A stretch of 64,000 nt of DNA, from contig CBDESZ010000023.1 in assembly GCA_965242725.1 (NCBI GenBank), positions 1 to 64,000 of the forward strand. Direction: 5' to 3'. This DNA comes from Alkalispirochaeta sp. (lineage in GTDB: Bacteria > Spirochaetota > Spirochaetia > DSM-27196 > Alkalispirochaetaceae). This document shows, piece after piece, positions 10,036-19,381 of this stretch (its first letter is position 1; every line of letters starts with the position of its first letter). The notes under the pieces are model-generated. The model did not search any database. It saw only the letters and a program-made list of their open reading frames with translations, and was not told where the DNA came from. Made by a program: the position numbers and the translations under genes.

Positions 10036-11069
10036 CGCGGGGTACGAGTCCTTGTCGGCGTACCGTCGGGACCGGGGAAGCGAATACGCGAAACGCCCTC
10101 ATACATATCGGCATGGGCACCGATGGATTCCTTCAAGTCCGCCGTGACGTCCCTGAGGGTCGAAACCTCCCCGGCGGTGAGCTGCGTATCCGCCAGGCTG
10201 CACAGTTCATTCAGCTGATCCACCGTCCGCGCACCGAGAAGCATGGTGTCGATATCTGGGTTCGCCCGGACAAAACCGAGGGCAAGGGCGACAACGGGAC
10301 GACGGAACTTTTCTGACAAATCCAGGATGCGGGAAAGGGCGCGTTCGGTCTGCCCTTCAAAACCGCCCTCGCCGTGCCGCGCCGCGGGGTGGCGTGAGGA
10401 GAAGTGGCGCGTTCGTTTTCTTCCTTCCGGAAAGGACGCGAGCGTCCGGTACCGGCCGGACAGCAAACCCTGCTGGAGAACAGTGTATGCGATGGTACGA
10501 CGACCTGAAGCACGACTCACGGCGGCGATGCCGTCCCGACCTTCCACGGCGCGCCACAAGAGACTGTAGGGAATCTGGTTTGTGACGATCGGGAAGTCCC
10601 GGGTTTCTTCAATATCGAATACGCCGAAATTACACACACCCACCTCCCGAACGAGACCCTCATCGCGCATACGGAAAAGCAGGGCAAGGGCTTCGCGGGT
10701 CTCCTCCGTCGTGGTACCGGGCCAATGGACCTGCATGATGTCGATCGCATCCCGCCGGAGACGGCGAAGGGAGTCGGTAACCATGCGCCTCAGCTCCCCG
10801 CCGGACTTCCCATCGATTTTGAACTTGGATGCGATGAATCCGTTCTCCCGTCCCCGCAATGCCGAGCCGAGGATCGATTCACTGCGGCCGTCTCCGTAGT
10901 TGGGCGCGGTATCAAAGAGGGTGATTCCCCGATCCAGTGCGGCGTGGACGACGCGAATACACTCCCGTTCCTGAGATCCCCCCCAGATCCCGTCGCTCGC
11001 AAAGGTCCATGTGCCGAGGGCGACCGATGACATGACCATGCCCGTATCGCCGACAGGACGGGAGTTCAT
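10032..11069 (-). CDS. Aldo/keto reductase
   Basis: LGTW, FDTAPNYGDGRSE, IASK, QVHWP, VGVCNF. Confidence 0.9.
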   Translation of the reverse strand: MNSRPVGDTGMVMSSVALGTWTFASDGIWGGSQERECIRVVHAALDRGITLFDTAPNYGDGRSESILGSALRGRENGFIASKFKIDGKSGGELRRMVTDSLRRLRRDAIDIMQVHWPGTTTEETREALALLFRMRDEGLVREVGVCNFGVFDIEETRDFPIVTNQIPYSLLWRAVEGRDGIAAVSRASGRRTIAYTVLQQGLLSGRYRTLASFPEGRKRTRHFSSRHPAARHGEGGFEGQTERALSRILDLSEKFRRPVVALALGFVRANPDIDTMLLGARTVDQLNELCSLADTQLTAGEVSTLRDVTADLKESIGAHADMYEGVSRIRFPGPDGTPTRTRTPR

Positions 11070-11070
11070 A

Positions 11071-11745
11071 TCACTCCTCTCCTGCGGAAACCGGCGCACC
11101 CCCACGCACCGCATCGGCAAACTCCTGCAGTCGCCGGCGTGCGTCGTCCATGGTGATGTGCGGATATCCGATGACCACATACGAGGCGCCCCGCTTGATC
11201 GCCTCCATTCCCTGTTCCTTGGTAAAGACGACGGGTCCGACCGGTATGTCCGTTGCCGCGACGACTTCATCCAACCCCTCCAACGGGTCCGCCGAAGGAT
11301 TGCGGAGCAGTTCATCGATGGCCAGGTGGAGGAGGAAATAGTCGGCCCCCATTTCCGTCAGTTCACCGACCCGCCGGGTCAGGTCATTTGTCGGTACGTT
11401 TAACAGATCAACCTGCACTTTGACGCCCGCGGCATGACCCGCTTCAATCGCCTTGAGAATGCTCGCCTCATTGGCGACGGCCATCACCGTCGCAATGGAC
11501 GCGCCAAGTTCACCGGCCCGGGTGAAATACTGACCGACGCCGTCAAGAGCCTTGAAATCGGCAAGGACTATTCGTTCTCCGGCGGCATCTGCTATTGAGC
11601 GTATGGAATCGATACCCGCAAAGGTAAGTAACGGAGTCCCCACCTCCACCCATTCGGCGTCAATTGACAGTGCGTGGCCAAGGTGTACCATTGCGTCTGA
11701 AACTGTTTGTGTATCAATGGAGACTTGAATCCATGGTTTCTTCAT
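11071..11745 (-). CDS. HPS/KGPDC-family (OMPDC-fold) enzyme, 3-hexulose-6-phosphate synthase/3-keto-acid-phosphate decarboxylase-like
   Basis: IQVSID, VEVGTPL, LADFKALDG (D-x-K-x-x-D). Confidence 0.8.
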   Translation of the reverse strand: MKKPWIQVSIDTQTVSDAMVHLGHALSIDAEWVEVGTPLLTFAGIDSIRSIADAAGERIVLADFKALDGVGQYFTRAGELGASIATVMAVANEASILKAIEAGHAAGVKVQVDLLNVPTNDLTRRVGELTEMGADYFLLHLAIDELLRNPSADPLEGLDEVVAATDIPVGPVVFTKEQGMEAIKRGASYVVIGYPHITMDDARRRLQEFADAVRGGAPVSAGEE

Positions 11746-11770
11746 TCATCTTTCCTTGCTTGACCAGAAA

Positions 11771-11785
11771 TTGTATATGGAATAC
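11771..11785 (-). promoter_or_regulatory. Candidate GntR operator copy 1 (GTATTCCATATACAA)
   Basis: Matches copies at 14472 and 14644; lies just downstream of promoter TTGACA(11825)-17-TACGAT(11802-11797). Confidence 0.65.
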
Positions 11786-11836
11786 TATTTATTTCTATCG
11801 TAGGGCGCTTCGCCGGCGCTGTCAACGCTGGACGTG

Positions 11837-11856
11837 AAAAATTGTACACAATTTTT
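11837..11856. promoter_or_regulatory. AT-rich palindrome upstream of gntR
   Basis: AAAAATTGT-AC-ACAATTTTT, perfect 9-bp arms. Confidence 0.5.
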
Positions 11857-11878
11857 GCTTCCAGCCATGGAGGAACCG

Positions 11879-12553
11879 ATGCCATCAGAAACCACTGAAT
11901 CAGTCGAGCCTCGGATGGTCCGACAGAGTTATGCCGATCAGGTTTACCATTACATCAAGGAATCCATTCTTTCGGGCGAGCTGAAACAGGGTGACAAAAT
12001 AGTTGAAGAGAAAATCGCCCGCCGTTTCGGCGTCAGTCGCACACCGATTCGTGAGGCTCTGACGCGGTTGCAGGCGTTCGGACTGGTTCACCTCCAGCCG
12101 CGAAGCTACGCGGAAGTTGCGAGAATCGGATCTCGCGAGGCCAGCGACATCGCCCAGCTCCGTCTGACTCTTGAACAGATGGCATTTCGCCTCCTCTGCA
12201 GGAAGGAACATACCGAATCCTTCCAGGCCCTGCGGGAGCTGGCGGAACAGGCGAAGGTCGCCCTCGAGAAGAGGGACAAGGCAGCGTATTTTGAGGGAGA
12301 TTCCCTCTTCCATCAGAAAGCCGCGGAGCTGTGCGGCAACGGTGAACTTGCATCGGTCTATAGGCAGTACGCGAGCAAGGTACAGCTTCTCAGGATTGCC
12401 CAGGATGTTCCTGTTGAGCGGCTGGAAGTGTATATGCGTCAGCATTTCGATCTTGTGGAAATGCTTGAAGGAAAACGATGTGGAGCGATCGACGAGTTGC
12501 TCCGAATTCATATCGTCCACGACCTGGGCAGTTCCGACTATACCGATTCATAA
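11879..12553 (+). CDS. GntR family regulator (FadR/FCD subfamily)
   Basis: IKESILSGELKQGDKIVEEKIARRFGVSRTPIREAL wHTH; FCD motif DSLFHQ...GN; SD GGAGGA. Confidence 0.92.
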   Translation: MPSETTESVEPRMVRQSYADQVYHYIKESILSGELKQGDKIVEEKIARRFGVSRTPIREALTRLQAFGLVHLQPRSYAEVARIGSREASDIAQLRLTLEQMAFRLLCRKEHTESFQALRELAEQAKVALEKRDKAAYFEGDSLFHQKAAELCGNGELASVYRQYASKVQLLRIAQDVPVERLEVYMRQHFDLVEMLEGKRCGAIDELLRIHIVHDLGSSDYTDS

Positions 12554-12564
12554 GGAGTTCCATA

Positions 12565-13557
12565 GTGAGACCGCGAGTTCAGTTGTTGTTTGGAGATACC
12601 GCCGGAGTCGGTCCGGAACTCTGTGCAAAGGTGGCGGGAGATATACCTGAGCAGGCACGGGGAGTGCAGGTCATTCTCACCGGTGATGGTCGCGTATTCG
12701 AGGAAGCTCTCGATGTGACGGGACTGAAGGTGGATGTGCCGCGAATCGAGTCACTCCGGGAAGCGGAAGGGAAGGACGATCCCGTGCTTTTCTGGGATTT
12801 CCGCAGCGAGGATACTCCGGCAATACCGCGCGCCGCGGTGAGTGAGGCGGCGGGGCGGGAAGTTCTGACCTCCCTCATGCAGTCCGTCAGGCTGGCCCAG
12901 GAGGGACTGGTGGACGGCATCGTTTTTGCGCCTTTCAACAAGGAATCGATGCATCTGGCCGGCTCAAAGCACTATTCCGAGTTGGAGCTTTTCAAGGAAG
13001 AGTTCGGAAGAGAGGATATTCCCGGCGAGTTCAATATCATGGATAGCCTCTGGATCGCCCGGGTGACTTCCCACATTCCGGTGGCCGAGGTTGCGCAGAC
13101 CCTCACGGAGGAACGAATCGCCCATACCATCACCCTGCTCGGCGACGCCCAGGTTGCGGCGGGTATCGCGCCGCGCCTCGCGGTGGCGGCGCTGAATCCC
13201 CACGCGGGGGAACACGGTATGTTTGGAGACGAGGAAGGGCGGCTCATTGAACCGGCGATCGGGAGGGTGCGCACGGCCAGGCCCGACTGGGCCGTCGACG
13301 GCCCGATGCCGGCGGATACGCTCTTTCCGCGGGTGTTGAAGGGAGGATATTCCGGCGTCGTCGGCATGTACCACGACCAGCTGCAAATTGCCACGAAGCT
13401 GATAGGCCTCGAGCGGGGCGTCACGCTCCATCCGGGTATGAAGGTTCCCATTGCAACGGCTGCTCATGGTACGGCGTTTGATCTGAAGGGGACGGGCACG
13501 GCAAACCATCAGGCATTGAAAAACGCGCTGGCCGTCGTGGCGGAGATGGTTCAATGA
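12565..13557 (+). CDS. PdxA-family dehydrogenase (oxidative decarboxylase) with atypical substrate motif
   Basis: GDTAGVGPE; metal His motifs TSHIP, LNPHAGE, MYHDQ; HGTAFD; SD TAAGGAG before GTG. Confidence 0.88.
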   Translation: MRPRVQLLFGDTAGVGPELCAKVAGDIPEQARGVQVILTGDGRVFEEALDVTGLKVDVPRIESLREAEGKDDPVLFWDFRSEDTPAIPRAAVSEAAGREVLTSLMQSVRLAQEGLVDGIVFAPFNKESMHLAGSKHYSELELFKEEFGREDIPGEFNIMDSLWIARVTSHIPVAEVAQTLTEERIAHTITLLGDAQVAAGIAPRLAVAALNPHAGEHGMFGDEEGRLIEPAIGRVRTARPDWAVDGPMPADTLFPRVLKGGYSGVVGMYHDQLQIATKLIGLERGVTLHPGMKVPIATAAHGTAFDLKGTGTANHQALKNALAVVAEMVQ

Positions 13558-13970
13558 TCGTGTCTGTTCGCGGAGTGGAACATACGGGAATGAAGGTGAG
13601 GGACACTGAAAAGCTCGCCAAATGGTACCGTGAGGTTTTTGGCGCCAGGGAGGTCTCCCGAAGCGAGGGGGAATCGCCGATCATCTTTCTCTCCTTCGGA
13701 CGGGCCTCACTCCTTGAGCTGATACCGGGCGGAGACGGCGTGGACAATACCGTTGATTCCGATGATCGTGTGCATCTCTGTTTCGCGGTGGAAGACCTGG
13801 AGTCGGCACTTCAGGGGTTGGCCGACCGGGGAATAGAGCTCGAAAAACCGGTTTTTCAGGCATACGACGGCAGTTCCGTCGCCTTTTTCAGGGATGTGGA
13901 AGGACATGTGCTGCAGTTTGTTCAACGTATCCCGGGTAGTGCCGTTTCCGCAGCGGCGTTTGGTGAGTAG
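13554..13970 (+). CDS. VOC/glyoxalase family protein
   Basis: VEHTGMKVRD...WYREVFG; HLCFAVEDL; FFRDVEGHVLQF. Confidence 0.88.
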   Translation: MIVSVRGVEHTGMKVRDTEKLAKWYREVFGAREVSRSEGESPIIFLSFGRASLLELIPGGDGVDNTVDSDDRVHLCFAVEDLESALQGLADRGIELEKPVFQAYDGSSVAFFRDVEGHVLQFVQRIPGSAVSAAAFGE

Positions 13971-14073
13971 ATCTTTCAATCCACCAATGAAGAAAATGAC
14001 AAGGCGCTGTTCACCTGTCAAGTGAATCGCGCCCTGTGAAGGCCTGTGTTTTGTCCGATCGCCCCGCGGCAGA

Positions 14074-14454
14074 TCAGCTTTCCATGTCGTGGTCGTCGCG
14101 AAACTGCTGTTGTTCAAAGGGGGGTGAGACGCAGCACACCGACTTGAGTGGTGTCTTTCCCGTGTTTACGACCTGATGGACGCAACCGGGGGGAACATAG
14201 ACAACCGCCCCTGCGGTGTATTCCTGTTCCTCGTCATCGACGATCATGATTCCCGAACCACTGACACAGTAAAAAACTTCCTCGTTGATATCGTGGGAGT
14301 GGGCGTTGGTCTTGTTGCCCGGTTCAACGGTGGATGTCCCCACCCACAGATTTTTACTGCCCAGTGTCCACGGTGCGGACAGATGTTTAATGACCCGCTT
14401 GAACGGTTCGTCGATATGGTCGCCATGAATGTCGTTTTCGTGTACGTAATGCAT
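14074..14454 (-). CDS. Cupin domain protein
   Basis: HSHDINEEVFYCVSGSG...VYVPPGCVHQVVNTG; SD AGGAGG. Confidence 0.88.
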   Translation of the reverse strand: MHYVHENDIHGDHIDEPFKRVIKHLSAPWTLGSKNLWVGTSTVEPGNKTNAHSHDINEEVFYCVSGSGIMIVDDEEQEYTAGAVVYVPPGCVHQVVNTGKTPLKSVCCVSPPFEQQQFRDDHDMES

Positions 14455-14471
14455 CGATATTCCTCCTATAG

Positions 14472-14486
14472 TTGTATATCGTATAC
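14472..14486 (-). promoter_or_regulatory. Candidate GntR operator copy 2 (GTATACGATATACAA)
   Basis: Overlaps the -10 of TTGACT(14511)-17-TAGTAT upstream of the cupin gene. Confidence 0.65.
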
Positions 14487-14643
14487 TATAAGAAGGAATA
14501 TGACGAGTCAAATTCAGGGAACATATGGGCATTGAAACCGATAAAATTCCCCCGAAACGGCAGGAAAAGGCGAGTTCTGCAGGCAATTCGACGATATAAC
14601 GGCGAGGAATCATAAAACTTCTTCTTGACAACCAAAAATAATC

Positions 14644-14658
14644 GTATACCATATACAA
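14644..14658 (+). promoter_or_regulatory. Candidate GntR operator copy 3 (GTATACCATATACAA)
   Basis: Overlaps the -10 of TTGACA(14625)-16-TACCAT upstream of tctB. Confidence 0.65.
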
Positions 14659-14672
14659 ACGATGGAGGATGA

Positions 14673-15122
14673 ATGACGCGTATAAACACCAGAATATTCC
14701 TGCCTGGTCTATCGGCCCTGGTGGGGGCTCTCTGGATTTTTGTAGGTTTGACGGAATACGGGTGGTGGGCCAACGGCCGCGCGACGAGCGGATTTTTTCC
14801 GACCCTCGTCGGGGCGCTCCTGATCATCGTGAGTGTCCTTGCCATTACGAGTGAGGTGAAGGAAAAGGCGCCCGTCTTTATGACCGCCCACATATATCCT
14901 CTGCTCGCCGCCGTTTCGGTGGTGGTGGTCGCCCTGTTAATAGGTTTTTTCCCGGCCCTCACGCTCTACGTTCTGGGATGGCTGAAGTTGTACGAGAAGT
15001 TCACCTGGAAATTCTCGCTTCTTGTCACGCTGGTCACGATCGCGGCGATGTATGGAATCTTTGCGATGTGGTTGCGGGTCCCCTTTCCTCTGGGGGCAAT
15101 TGTGGAGATGGTGATTAACTGA
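14673..15122 (+). CDS. tctB: Tripartite tricarboxylate transporter small membrane subunit
   Basis: 4-5 TM segments; GFFP motif; C-terminal YGIFAMWLRVPFP; precedes tctA. Confidence 0.85.
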   Translation: MTRINTRIFLPGLSALVGALWIFVGLTEYGWWANGRATSGFFPTLVGALLIIVSVLAITSEVKEKAPVFMTAHIYPLLAAVSVVVVALLIGFFPALTLYVLGWLKLYEKFTWKFSLLVTLVTIAAMYGIFAMWLRVPFPLGAIVEMVIN

Positions 15123-15123
15123 T

Positions 15124-16641
15124 ATGGAAACGTTGCAGCTTCTCATGGGCGGATTTGCCACCGCCCTTTCGATACAGAACTTCTTCGCCGCGGCGGCAGG
15201 TGCCCTCCTTGGCATCCTTGTGGGTGCAATGCCGGGTATCGGTTCTCTGGCAGGCGTTGCGCTCCTCCTGCCGCTGACATTCAAGTTCAATCCCATTACG
15301 GGAATGATCATGCTTTCCGCCATCTACTACGCCAATATGTACGGCGGATCATACAGCGCGATCCTGATCAACATCCCCGGCGATACCCCCGCGGTCATGA
15401 CCGCCCTGGACGGATATCCCCTGGCAAAACAGGGAAAGCCGGGTAAGGCGCTGTTCACATCAAACATCGCCTCGTTTATCGGCGGTACTATCGGTATCAT
15501 CATCCTCACGGCGATCGGGCCGGGGCTGGCGAGATTCGGTATTCAGTTTGGTCCGGTGGAAATGGCGGCACTCCTCATGGTCGCCATGACCTCTCTGGGA
15601 TGGCTCCTCGGCAGCAATCCCGTCAAGGGTATCGTCGCGACACTTATCGGGATTCTCCTCGCAACGATCGGATTCGACATCGTTGTAGGGACTCCCCGGT
15701 ACGATTTCGGGTCGATATATCTTCTTGGCGGCATCCCTTTCATTCCCCTTGTCATAGGCATTTTCGGCTTCTCCCAGGTTCTGGAAATGATGGAACTGCG
15801 CCACAAGGCGCGGGATTTCGATACCGAGAAACTCACCCTTCGGGAAAGCCTGCTCACGCGGGGAGAGATCAAGCGCATTCTTCCTGCTGCGATCCGTTCC
15901 GGCTTCCTCGGTACGGTCATCGGTGTCCTTCCCGGTGCCGGAGCGACGACGGGATCCTTTCTCAGCTATATGCAGGAAAAGCGTCTCGGCAGGAACGGGA
16001 ATCTCCTCGGCACGGGGCGCATCGAAGGCGTTGCCGCCGCCGAAGCGGGTAACAACTCCGCCGCCGCAGGGGCATTCGCACCGCTCCTCTCCCTAGGCAT
16101 CCCCGGATCGGGAACGGGGGCGGTTCTCCTCGGTGGTCTCATGATGTACGGGTTGAATCCCGGCCCGCTCCTCTTCCAGAATCAGCCGGTATTCACCTGG
16201 GGACTCATCGCGTCACTGTACATCGCAAACATAATCACTCTGGCCGTGGCGCTGGCTATCATTCCCTCCCTCATCAAGATCCTGAAGGTTCCGGTGACGA
16301 TCATGATTCCCGTGATTACGACCATTTGTATCATGGGCAGCTACAGCGCCAACAATTCGCTCTATGGAATCGTGATGATGCTTCTGGCAGGAGTTCTCGG
16401 ATTTGCAATGAAAAAATACGGATATCCCCTCGCGCCGCTGCTTCTCGCCTTTGTGCTGGCGCCAACGCTTGAGAAAAATTTCCGTCAGGCCTTGCAGATA
16501 TCCGACGGCAGCATCTGGATTTTCTTCCAGAAGCCGATCGCTGCCGTTTTGACGGTGTTCCTACTTATTACTGTGGTTTCCCCGGTTATCAGGATGGTAA
16601 TCGGTAAATTGAAAACCAAATACAAAGGAGAAAACGCATGA
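15124..16641 (+). CDS. tctA: Tripartite tricarboxylate transporter large permease
   Basis: GAMPGIG, YGGSYSAILINIPG, AAAEAGNN, LSLGIPGS motifs. Confidence 0.93.
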   Translation: METLQLLMGGFATALSIQNFFAAAAGALLGILVGAMPGIGSLAGVALLLPLTFKFNPITGMIMLSAIYYANMYGGSYSAILINIPGDTPAVMTALDGYPLAKQGKPGKALFTSNIASFIGGTIGIIILTAIGPGLARFGIQFGPVEMAALLMVAMTSLGWLLGSNPVKGIVATLIGILLATIGFDIVVGTPRYDFGSIYLLGGIPFIPLVIGIFGFSQVLEMMELRHKARDFDTEKLTLRESLLTRGEIKRILPAAIRSGFLGTVIGVLPGAGATTGSFLSYMQEKRLGRNGNLLGTGRIEGVAAAEAGNNSAAAGAFAPLLSLGIPGSGTGAVLLGGLMMYGLNPGPLLFQNQPVFTWGLIASLYIANIITLAVALAIIPSLIKILKVPVTIMIPVITTICIMGSYSANNSLYGIVMMLLAGVLGFAMKKYGYPLAPLLLAFVLAPTLEKNFRQALQISDGSIWIFFQKPIAAVLTVFLLITVVSPVIRMVIGKLKTKYKGENA

Positions 16642-17588
16642 GACGTTTAGTTTTAGGCAGTGTTCTGTTGCTTGCAGGTATGGCTCTGGTATTTGCTTCC
16701 GGTGAAGCGGAAATGTCGGAAGATGGATGGGCCCCCAGTCGAAACGTTGAGTGGTACTGTACCTCCAGTCCCGGCGGCGGATCTTCGATCTTTACCCAGA
16801 CGATCATTGAGATCATTGATGAAGAAGGACTGGTCGATGAAAACATTCTCATCAACTACAAGACCGATGGCGGTGGAGCCGTTGGACGCCGGGAAGTGAG
16901 CCGGAAGAACACCAATGGTCACACGCTGCTGACCTTCAACAACGGCGATCTTCAGCCGCTTGTGCAGATTGAAGACGGCGACCTCGATATGTTTACCCCC
17001 CTGGCAGTCATGGCGACGGACGGACAGATTCTCCTCGTCCGCGACGACTCACCCTTTGAGACTGCGGAAGACTTTATCAACGCCCTTCAGGGTGGAGAAC
17101 GCGTCATCATGGGCGGATCAAAAGGCGATGATGTAAATCTTCACCAGAAGATCGTTGCCGAGGTTGGCGGTGATCTCGAGTATCTCATCAGTGACTCAAC
17201 CGGTGACGCCCTGACCCAGATTCTCGGCGGCAGCATCGATGTAGTCATCGCGAAGCCCGCCGCGTCCTATGACCTCGTCACCTCCGGTGAGTTGCGTCCT
17301 CTTATCGCGGCAACACGTGATCCCTTCCAGGAGCCCTTTGCAGCACCGACCTTCAAGGAACTCGGCTTTGATATCGAACTTACCGTCTTCCGCGGTATCG
17401 TCGGTCCCGCAAACATGCCGGAACAGGCCGTAGAGTTCTGGTCCGACGTCTTTACCAAGGTTGCCCGGACGGAACAGTGGAAAAACAACTACCTCGACAA
17501 ATTCCTTCTGAACGGAAACCACCTTCCTGCCGACGAAGCGATCGACTACATGCAGGACTTCGAGGACATGTACACCGCTTCCAATTAG
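16638..17588 (+). CDS. tctC: Tripartite tricarboxylate transporter solute-binding protein (Bug/TctC)
   Basis: Signal peptide ending FASGEAE; SSPGGGSS, YKTDGGGAVG, FRGIVGPANMP. Confidence 0.88.
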   Translation: MRRLVLGSVLLLAGMALVFASGEAEMSEDGWAPSRNVEWYCTSSPGGGSSIFTQTIIEIIDEEGLVDENILINYKTDGGGAVGRREVSRKNTNGHTLLTFNNGDLQPLVQIEDGDLDMFTPLAVMATDGQILLVRDDSPFETAEDFINALQGGERVIMGGSKGDDVNLHQKIVAEVGGDLEYLISDSTGDALTQILGGSIDVVIAKPAASYDLVTSGELRPLIAATRDPFQEPFAAPTFKELGFDIELTVFRGIVGPANMPEQAVEFWSDVFTKVARTEQWKNNYLDKFLLNGNHLPADEAIDYMQDFEDMYTASN

Positions 17589-17613
17589 GCGTAGACTGTA
17601 ACAAGCTCTATCT

Positions 17614-17651
17614 GAACGGGGATCTATAACGGATAGGTCCCCGTTCTTTTT
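17614..17651 (+). terminator. Intrinsic terminator after tctC
   Basis: GAACGGGGATCTAT-AACGG-ATAGGTCCCCGTTC-TTTTT, 14-bp stem with one G-U pair. Confidence 0.8.
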
Positions 17652-17686
17652 GGCGGGTTTCTCTGCCCGCACCAACGGAGAAAAAG

Positions 17687-18691
17687 ATGCAACGAATTAT
17701 AAACGATCCCGACAAAGTCGTGGATGAAATGCTCAAGGGATTTCTCAAGGCCCACGCCGATACGGTGGTGGCCACGGCCAATCCCCGGGTGGTGAAGTAC
17801 AAGGACGCCCCGATAGAGGGGAAAGTGGGCATCGTCACCGGCGGCGGCAGTGGCCACAAGCCCGCCTTTGTGGGCTATGTGGGCAGGAACATGGTGGATG
17901 CCGTGGCGGTGGGGGAGATCTTCAGTTCCCCGACGGCCAAGGGTTTTTACGACGCCATAAAGGCCGCCGACAGCGGCAAAGGGGTTGCCGTCCTCTACGG
18001 GAACTACGCCGGGGACGTGATGAACGTCAAGATGGCCGCCGAGGAGGCGGATGAGGACGGCATCGTCGTTCGGACGGTACTTGCCAATGACGATGTGCCC
18101 AGTGCGCCGGCGGATCAGCGGCAGAAACGGCGGGGTGTTGCCGGGGAAGTACTGATGTGGAAGGTCGGCGGTGCAAAGGCGGCGCTGGGGGGCTCTCTGG
18201 ACGAGGTGATCGCCGCGGCGCAGAAGGCGATCGACAACACCCGGAGCGTGGGCATCGGGCTCACCCCTTGTACCATTCCCGCGGTGGGGAAGCCCAACTT
18301 CTCCATTGAACCGGGAAAGATGGAAGTGGGTATCGGACACCACGGAGAACCGGGAATAAAGGTAATGGACCTCGAACCTGCGGACAGGATGGCCGACATG
18401 GCGCTGGATATTATCCTGCCTGATCTGCCCTTTGGCGCCGGCGATGAGGTGGTGGTCCTGGTGAGCGGCCTTGGCGCGACGCCGGTGATGGAGCAGTATA
18501 TCTTCTACGATCGGGTGGCGCAGGTCCTTGCGGAGAAGAAGATCACCGTGCACCGGCCGTATGTGGGCAATTACTTCACCAGCCTGGAGATGATGGGTAT
18601 CACCCTCACCGTGATGAAGGTGGATGAGGAGCTGAAGGAACTTATCGACCTGGATGCCTACTCCATGGGGCTGCGGCAGCAGAACATTTGA
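17687..18691 (+). CDS. dhaK: Dihydroxyacetone/tetrulose kinase substrate-binding subunit
   Basis: GGGSGHKP, NYAGD, RRGVAG, GIGHHGEPG. Confidence 0.9.
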   Translation: MQRIINDPDKVVDEMLKGFLKAHADTVVATANPRVVKYKDAPIEGKVGIVTGGGSGHKPAFVGYVGRNMVDAVAVGEIFSSPTAKGFYDAIKAADSGKGVAVLYGNYAGDVMNVKMAAEEADEDGIVVRTVLANDDVPSAPADQRQKRRGVAGEVLMWKVGGAKAALGGSLDEVIAAAQKAIDNTRSVGIGLTPCTIPAVGKPNFSIEPGKMEVGIGHHGEPGIKVMDLEPADRMADMALDIILPDLPFGAGDEVVVLVSGLGATPVMEQYIFYDRVAQVLAEKKITVHRPYVGNYFTSLEMMGITLTVMKVDEELKELIDLDAYSMGLRQQNI

Positions 18692-18715
18692 GTGCATCGG
18701 CACGGAGGAAGAACA

Positions 18716-19381
18716 GTGGCAAAGAGTTTCAAGAACAGTGACGGCCGGGTGGTGGTGGAGCGCCTCATCGAGGTGATCCATGAGAACCGGGCGTATTTGA
18801 GCGAAATCGACGGGAAGATCGGTGACGGCGACCACGGGATCAACATGGACAAGGGTTTTCTACTGACCAAAGAGCGGCTGGAAGAAGAGATGTCCATGAG
18901 CGATGCGTTGAAGACGCTGGGACGGACGTTGCTCCTTGAGATCGGCGGATCCATGGGGCCCCTGTACGGCCAGTTCTACAAGGCGATGGCCAAAGCGAGC
19001 AGGGACGCCGAAGATGTGGACGGTGCCACCTTCGCGGATATGCTGGAGGCGGCCTATGAGGCGATCCGGAAGCTGGGGGAGGCAAAGCCCGGGGACAAGA
19101 CGCTGGTGGATACGTTGGATCCGGCCGCCGCGGCGCTGCGCAGTGCCGTTGACCGGGGTGCGGACCTGCCCGAGGCGCTGGACGAGATGGTAGCCGCCGC
19201 GGAGAAGGGGTGGCAGTCCACCGAGGACATGGTGGCGCAGATCGGGCGCTCCAGCCGGCTGGGAGAACGGAGCCGGGGCGTCCTCGACGCCGGAGCGACG
19301 AGCTGTTACTTAATGCTGAAGAGCATGGCAGAGACGGCCAAGGAGCTATCCGGAGCCGCCGCAGGCGGAGGTGGTTCATGA
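18716..19381 (+). CDS. dhaL: Dihydroxyacetone/tetrulose kinase nucleotide-binding subunit
   Basis: IDGKIGDGDHG, GGSMGPLYG, GDKTLVD, GRSSRLGERS..DAGA. Confidence 0.9.
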   Translation: MAKSFKNSDGRVVVERLIEVIHENRAYLSEIDGKIGDGDHGINMDKGFLLTKERLEEEMSMSDALKTLGRTLLLEIGGSMGPLYGQFYKAMAKASRDAEDVDGATFADMLEAAYEAIRKLGEAKPGDKTLVDTLDPAAAALRSAVDRGADLPEALDEMVAAAEKGWQSTEDMVAQIGRSSRLGERSRGVLDAGATSCYLMLKSMAETAKELSGAAAGGGGS

